Origin: a virus
Lineage: Duplodnaviria > Caudoviricetes
Reading direction: 5' to 3' (one strand)
DNA length: 41,194 bases
Virus record (IMG/VR): IMGVR_UViG_3300005805_000170
Span: 1 to 41,194 of that record
Below are positions 37,801-41,194 of the stretch, one piece after another. The translations under genes and the position numbers were made by a program. Numbering within the stretch: position 1 is the stretch's first letter; each line of letters begins with the position of its first letter. The notes beneath the pieces are model-generated. The model saw only the letters and a list, made by a program, of their open reading frames with translations, was not told the DNA's origin and did not search any database.

Positions 37801-40800
37801 CTCGCCGCTGATGGCTCAAGCGAAGATGAAGTAGAAAGAATTCTTGACCACTGGCTGTACAGCAGTGATTCACCAAGACAGGAAGAATACCTAGAAGAGT
37901 ACAGAGAACCAGGCGATGACCACAGCGACACCTTTAACAGAGCCGCAAAGGCGATGTATCAGGACCACCTGGAAAGACTCTACGACAACCGCCAAGAAAG
38001 AAATCTTTCTTCTGGAAAAAGAACTCCTGAGCAGGAGTCAAGAATCTCAGATAGAGAAGTATTCGAACGACGCATGGCTGGGGAATCGCTTGCAGAAACT
38101 GCAACAGCTCTTGGGATGAAGCGAGAAGAAGTCAGACAGGCAGAACTTCGCCATATGGCTCGTGAACGCGGAACGCTACAACGACCAGATTCTGATGAGA
38201 TTGAAGCATACCGTGAGGACCAGTCTCGCATGGCTGCAGAAGAAGCCGCAGAGCTTGCTCTGAATGAATCAATTTACCTTCGTCGCATGGATGGTGAGTC
38301 TCTTGCTGAAACAGCAAAAGCTCTCGGCATGAAACGAGAGGAAGTTAGAAATCGCGAACAAAAACACATGCAGCTAATGCGCAGCATGGACAGAGAAGCG
38401 CAGCGCTGGGTTGATAGTAATCGCAACGGGAAGTTGTCTTCGGGAAGCAAGGGTTATGTAAGCCCTCTTGACGACCTTAGTGTTGGGCAGAAACTTTCAT
38501 CAGGCAAATTGGATGAGGTTTATAGAAGTGTTCAAGACAAGCTTATTGAGCAAATTGAAAAGATTCAAGAATCAGGTGATGGCAAGTGGGAATTTCCTTG
38601 GCATAAGACTTCACTTCCAAAGAACGTAACAAACAATAACCGTCCTTACACCGGAATCAACAGCGTAATGTTGATGTTCAAACAGGATGCAATGGGTTAT
38701 GACACTGCACTGTGGGCGGGCTTTAATCAGTGGAAGAAACTTGGTGGAACAGTACGCAAGGGCGAAAAAGGTACCATGATATTGATTCCTACAATCATTC
38801 CTAAAAAGAAGGATGCAGACGGAAACGAAATCCGTGGTTCTGGCGGAATATTCTTTAAGACTGGCCATGTTTTTAATATTGACCAGATTGATGGAATTGA
38901 TAAAGAGCAATTTAAAGTTGCAGAGCTTCCAGAGGAACAGCGTGTAGCAGAGCTTGAGCAAGCGCTGTCAGAAATTGGAGCAGTTGTTAATACTGGTGGA
39001 GATAGGGCATTCTATAGACCATCAACAGACGAGATATATCTTCCTCCATTCTCTGCGTTTAAGAGTAGAGAGGGTTACTACGCAGTATTTGCTCATGAGT
39101 TAATGCACTGGACAGGACACTCATCACGACTCAAGAGAGACCATCTTGGAGAGTTTGGAAGCCCTGAGTATGCACAAGAAGAACTTATTGCTGAAATAGC
39201 CTCTGCATTCTTCATGGCTGCACACGGTCTAACACCTGAGCCAAGAGAAGACCATGCGCAGTATCTTGCCAGTTGGTTGAAGAAGCTTAAGTCTGACCCA
39301 GATGCAATGAAGAAGGCTTTTGGCGAAGCACAAAAAGCACATGACTTTGCAATATCCAAGTCGCCGTCAATGAGCGCAAAGCTTGGCAAGAAAGTTGCAG
39401 AGGCGGGAATTATCCCAGGGAACGATGATGGAGGTTATGGAGACATAAGTCCTTCGCTCTCATCTGGAAAACGTGACAAGTACATGTACAACGCACAGGG
39501 AAGAGGACTTACACTTGCTGAAGAAGTAGGAAATCCAGACGATGAGGTCCTCAAGCGTTTCTACAAGAGAAGACCATACTTCGATGGAGACAAACACTAC
39601 TACGAAGCAAGTGCATCACTGGGTGACAGAGGTGTCAATCAGTGGAGTATGGGCCAAGCCGACGATGGTCTGTGGTACGCGGACCTGATGTTCATGGATG
39701 GCGTCGGAGAAGACGATGAGATTGACTGGGATGTATCAGGCGTAAGTTCTGAAGGATTTAAGACCCCAGAAGAAGTAGCAAAGTGGACTTTTGACTATGA
39801 AGAGAGCCGCCGCGAATGGCAAAAGAAATTTAGGCAAGAGTCAGATATTGAAAAAATTGCTGAAATGCTTGCAGAAGAAGAAGCGCGTCGAGATGCTGAA
39901 TATGAAAACTCAAAGATAATTGCGCGCGAGCGTATGGACAGAGAAGAATATACGCGAATTATCTCTCAGATAGATGAATCACGTCTTGACTGGAGTCCAG
40001 AAGACTGGGCAGACGAAGCTAGCGATATTCAAGCTGAACTAATGAGGGAAAACAACAGACTTTCTTCTGGTGTTCGTTCCAGGTATGACGATAAGCCAGT
40101 AGAGGAAATTGGCCTAGTAACCGATGCTCTCCAGAGAACAGATGAAGCTGGTTCCAACTCGAGGCACATCGCTTCACGTCTTCTTGCGGTTCCAGTTGAT
40201 AAGTACGACTTTGACTCAATACGCAGAAATGGTGAAGTCATTTCATTTACGTACAACGGCAAGCCAAGAATGGTTTATCCAACTGGGATGATGACCAAGA
40301 AGGGCGGGGGAATATATTTTGTAGGACTTGATGAAGAATCCGGTCAGTACAGAAGCTTTAGTCTTCACAAGATTGAGGGTTTGATTGACGGCGCAATTGC
40401 CCCAATTAACCCGACACAACCTGGGGTCCCACAAGGTGCATCATTTGCTTCTGGAAGAAGAACAAGAAATATTACTTCAAATAGATTGAGTTCTGGAAAA
40501 GTCAGACCACTTGATGAGGTTCGTGAAGAAATTGAACAAGATGCAAGATACGAAAGCTTGGTTGTGCAAGATGCTTTTGGCGGGAGACTTGGAACAGAGA
40601 AAAAAGGTCAGTTCCGCGTAACCATTCCTCTTGAAGACCACGCTGAAGCAGTTCAATCCCTTGACCGACTTGTCGCTCTGAGAAACGATTTGCTCCGTTC
40701 TTTGCTTGATGGCAAGAGAATGCCTGCCGGTTCATATATTTTCGAAATTGACAAATATGCGCCAGTGGCAGAAGATGAGCTGGATTTGTTGATGAATATC

Positions 40801-41194
40801 GACGATGCAGTAGACAGAATTCACGACGAACTAAGACGCAGGGAAGAGCAATTCTCTGAACTCAAGGACGAAATTGACGACATGAAGGACAGCATTTCTG
40901 AACTAGAAGATGCTTTCAGAACCACTCGTCGCATGGGCGCAAGAAGCATTCCTGGCCCAGTTAATTTCGAATCAGCCATGGAGAGAAATATAGATATGGC
41001 TGACGGCGATGATAAATATGCTATTCGCCTAATCGAATCTGACGCAGACTCCATTATCGAAGCACTTGAGAAAATCGATGACACAGAGGACAGATTCGGA
41101 GCTACACACGAAGAGCAAATTGCTGAAATAAAAGAACTTATCGATTCTGCAGTCCGTGGAGATTTAACCCCACAAGAGTTTGCATCAAAGCTTG
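31819..41194 (+). CDS. Giant (>3125 aa, runs off window) prohead protease-polyprotein fusion: HK97-type protease, HiPIP-like domain, 16 LSSG-delimited modules including sigma70-r4-like HTH x2, ArdC-like and WYL-like
   Basis: Manual translation of frame +1 from ATG 31819 shows no stop to the window end. Protease motifs: D..GDI...GAF, WGHNW..PIG, WSIGY, ELYEVSPVLHGAN. Confidence 0.92.
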   Translation, partial: MPNSNFGNIQYKASNGLIKLDELEGIVECFVSGIGNKDSVGDICATGAFAKSLLRRKPRVVWGHNWNDPIGKVLEIYEVPASDPRLPMKMKMAGIGGLYAKVQFNLQSEKGKEAFANVAFFGEEQEWSIGYKTLRAQYDDNLQANVLYEVELYEVSPVLHGANQLTGTISVKSDEEKMHGMMPLVIGGPGSNAPSRENIFEEGMAQRISGSQLASVVAELSRRAGGPVMVVEATENSVVFVKPGKGKFRIGYHFTGSEYMFGKPELIHADQPKPQMQSGPSPVPGISAKPTVGQKPATTNPAMPMPVAVKPGNGGMVMVPLPQVEYEGMDKNKKPELVAEERELAESLVRIAGKYGKFDEDGDGIWAGYYPPAENKVKDIGVKCSNCVLYQGEGKCKILDLKVEDEGKCRFAIIPDGVVVGFGKKEYNDILDDEEIKMVEDIEAKYPGEFILGVLRNTVKKRRKKRRSYKTLEEWGVEEQELMEKGLDPFLAQDASYVLPVDPANAFEFKSMIDPVLEYHRIDTYVNEYGVVIASQLDQEAKDALETATKAAVRRLGRSIRGAGGGGNFLGRTLRGGRGLGVPSGDLDPRTRRDSNLDGTLFDNIPGWEQPDPTPGGPGSINNPKPSKRQLADAAKPDGTEKLSSGARNIRRHADRSADMEKQFPNAEENQKRADHEAIAKAWQEQGLGWEEVPRYNADKNLSSDYLRGREIGVNQARVMWEGDSVRKRPEKFNEKQKASQEYSNWYSSYAKSVSAYLDAHSRDDSDNWDGIEEALRADVKSKYPDTQDWAKEDIATLNEYLNDIGLLDVDKLKKKKKKKAGAETAKEPDLQELRKLNAEGKLSSGKAARRDLVSGNKVPGEGKFARLIDEQMGNRNDEREPSYVARKYADALVENWRSLSDSERKEFLQDEMGSEYMPKAEEFLEILDEAWATYSQRNKKFKDIDNELQDIMDSSRLSSGGRLGASPDDAEYGRELAAQRARDRAAGRNATNPIGRGGDSGAKKKPAKEKPGLSSGRTRDPNNDGFLRETDYNDPDAGYGLVPRLMKEVGFDEYEARDAMDYWNSLDDDEMKEFEDARNGDVYGAISDAWDESQAAKPSKEKLSSGKKPTNREIEKQEMDAADNSLRSFMDGFDGWDDEEWEFGNQLDAEVERWASANEDMPWINTSVEDMIDEMSSDDSIEGQNKLVFLENLQQSLFDAQDRARMSDDERSRDRLERSVRRSQSDFDEGGILSSGFRRTPAQEARQLGIDTTGMSPKQAAQAVRDYYRDEDQKLRKSYDGVRDRLRPAVSRRFDYFYDTEGVGVISSFDGQEAEADFIRALKDARRIDASLEESKKILSDIAAGGEKRKAALRRFAVSEEERTARFPQRVPRQINTDEQLDEYLKSLYLGKLEQYADDSKIDDEDSNIGETIDFYDEFADEVADSKGITVDELKEQINEDGTLDDYVDSISPESMANLFADTAEQKINDRLKLRDEFDKMGLLDLDPEKAGISEIRRRASSISEGSLSSGANPRASDEIRRIVETNQDIERAALYVGLDEVYEGRTSRAMGARIMADANAGNLPESDGEQLGMAIELIDEFFPDASSRQKRALEQSVFGAIARNARESRVDADWDDSQKLSSGRGKIPPRPSEFAKKIGPYDGKLSVEIMSASNGLDLQINGKKVGRFRSNESLDRFVNEVHVALRNRDGLSSGLKPKPEINIENVKKNIAELEAGGDRAKAVLKKDFRGRRYSDGTQFGSKFLGKDGNSYSTDIEITDEELEAYIRAKYVDEAYKSMKEDVDNMEDVFIGDDDIPDEIRNDLMPYLPFYDEAIAEMQKDPNFENSSSIGYPEDLYEFAPYEDLLFDTAQKQIRIRKRKLDQASTLSSGMRKFDDLDEIDKQQAAKNLASDISRIIGNSNSDPDFDYGFKKFIDDSGDYESGDSVDAIRDNYASFLFEAAEKGDWETLEEHDVDLSTLLEYTPEAHPDVEMEYELDKSDREWADMMSGMRRDLAADGSSEDEVERILDHWLYSSDSPRQEEYLEEYREPGDDHSDTFNRAAKAMYQDHLERLYDNRQERNLSSGKRTPEQESRISDREVFERRMAGESLAETATALGMKREEVRQAELRHMARERGTLQRPDSDEIEAYREDQSRMAAEEAAELALNESIYLRRMDGESLAETAKALGMKREEVRNREQKHMQLMRSMDREAQRWVDSNRNGKLSSGSKGYVSPLDDLSVGQKLSSGKLDEVYRSVQDKLIEQIEKIQESGDGKWEFPWHKTSLPKNVTNNNRPYTGINSVMLMFKQDAMGYDTALWAGFNQWKKLGGTVRKGEKGTMILIPTIIPKKKDADGNEIRGSGGIFFKTGHVFNIDQIDGIDKEQFKVAELPEEQRVAELEQALSEIGAVVNTGGDRAFYRPSTDEIYLPPFSAFKSREGYYAVFAHELMHWTGHSSRLKRDHLGEFGSPEYAQEELIAEIASAFFMAAHGLTPEPREDHAQYLASWLKKLKSDPDAMKKAFGEAQKAHDFAISKSPSMSAKLGKKVAEAGIIPGNDDGGYGDISPSLSSGKRDKYMYNAQGRGLTLAEEVGNPDDEVLKRFYKRRPYFDGDKHYYEASASLGDRGVNQWSMGQADDGLWYADLMFMDGVGEDDEIDWDVSGVSSEGFKTPEEVAKWTFDYEESRREWQKKFRQESDIEKIAEMLAEEEARRDAEYENSKIIARERMDREEYTRIISQIDESRLDWSPEDWADEASDIQAELMRENNRLSSGVRSRYDDKPVEEIGLVTDALQRTDEAGSNSRHIASRLLAVPVDKYDFDSIRRNGEVISFTYNGKPRMVYPTGMMTKKGGGIYFVGLDEESGQYRSFSLHKIEGLIDGAIAPINPTQPGVPQGASFASGRRTRNITSNRLSSGKVRPLDEVREEIEQDARYESLVVQDAFGGRLGTEKKGQFRVTIPLEDHAEAVQSLDRLVALRNDLLRSLLDGKRMPAGSYIFEIDKYAPVAEDELDLLMNIDDAVDRIHDELRRREEQFSELKDEIDDMKDSISELEDAFRTTRRMGARSIPGPVNFESAMERNIDMADGDDKYAIRLIESDADSIIEALEKIDDTEDRFGATHEEQIAEIKELIDSAVRGDLTPQEFASKL

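Noticed and set aside
33745-40497. LSSG-coding 12-mers as a DNA repeat array (CRISPR-like or recombination sites)
   Set aside because: The nucleotide sequence varies at synonymous positions (including TCN versus AGY serine codons), spacing is irregular and always in frame. The conservation is at protein level.
31791-41084. The many short ORFs listed in the track for the last 9.4 kb
   Set aside because: They are antisense or out-of-frame shadows of the single long frame +1 ORF, which carries recognisable domains throughout.
1-41194. Stop-codon reassignment, tRNA genes, major capsid gene
   Set aside because: Genes end normally with TAA/TGA/TAG and pack tightly under the standard code. No cloverleaf with a T-loop consensus was seen by eye. 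No capsid protein was recognised; it is probably beyond the right edge.

Overview
A 41-kb piece of a large tailed dsDNA phage genome with a contractile (myovirus-type) tail. The host is probably an actinobacterium; this is inference from gene style, extended -10 promoters and a peptidoglycan peptidase on the tape measure. From left to right: (1) two 2OG-Fe(II) dioxygenases converging on a Skp1-hydroxyproline-GlcNAc-transferase-like glycosyltransferase and Pro-rich/FN3 tail-tip genes; (2) a minus-strand baseplate, tape measure, chaperone, tube, sheath and neck module; (3) a histone-H1-like protein and a ParB / PAPS-reductase-like / ParB cluster; (4) a recombination/nuclease cluster (RuvC-like, HNH, RecB/Cas4-like, Rad52/Sak) with a structured non-coding interval; (5) the terminase large subunit, then, divergently, the portal. 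The last 9.4 kb (31819 to the window end) is one uninterrupted ORF of more than 3125 codons, missing from the supplied ORF track because it has no stop in the window. It starts with an HK97-type prohead protease and a HiPIP-like 4-Cys domain. It is then punctuated by 16 synonymously diverged LSSG motifs that bracket discrete modules: acidic unknown domains, a tandem sigma70-region-4-like HTH, a complete ArdC-like anti-restriction protein and a WYL-like domain. This looks like a protease-fused, cleavable polyprotein of capsid-packaged effectors and is the main candidate novel system. Secondary candidates are a putative small RNA whose 5' end is antisense to a conserved 23S rRNA segment, a second structured RNA, and a possible prolyl-hydroxylation/glycosylation system for virion proteins. 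All family assignments come from motifs read by eye; no database search was run.
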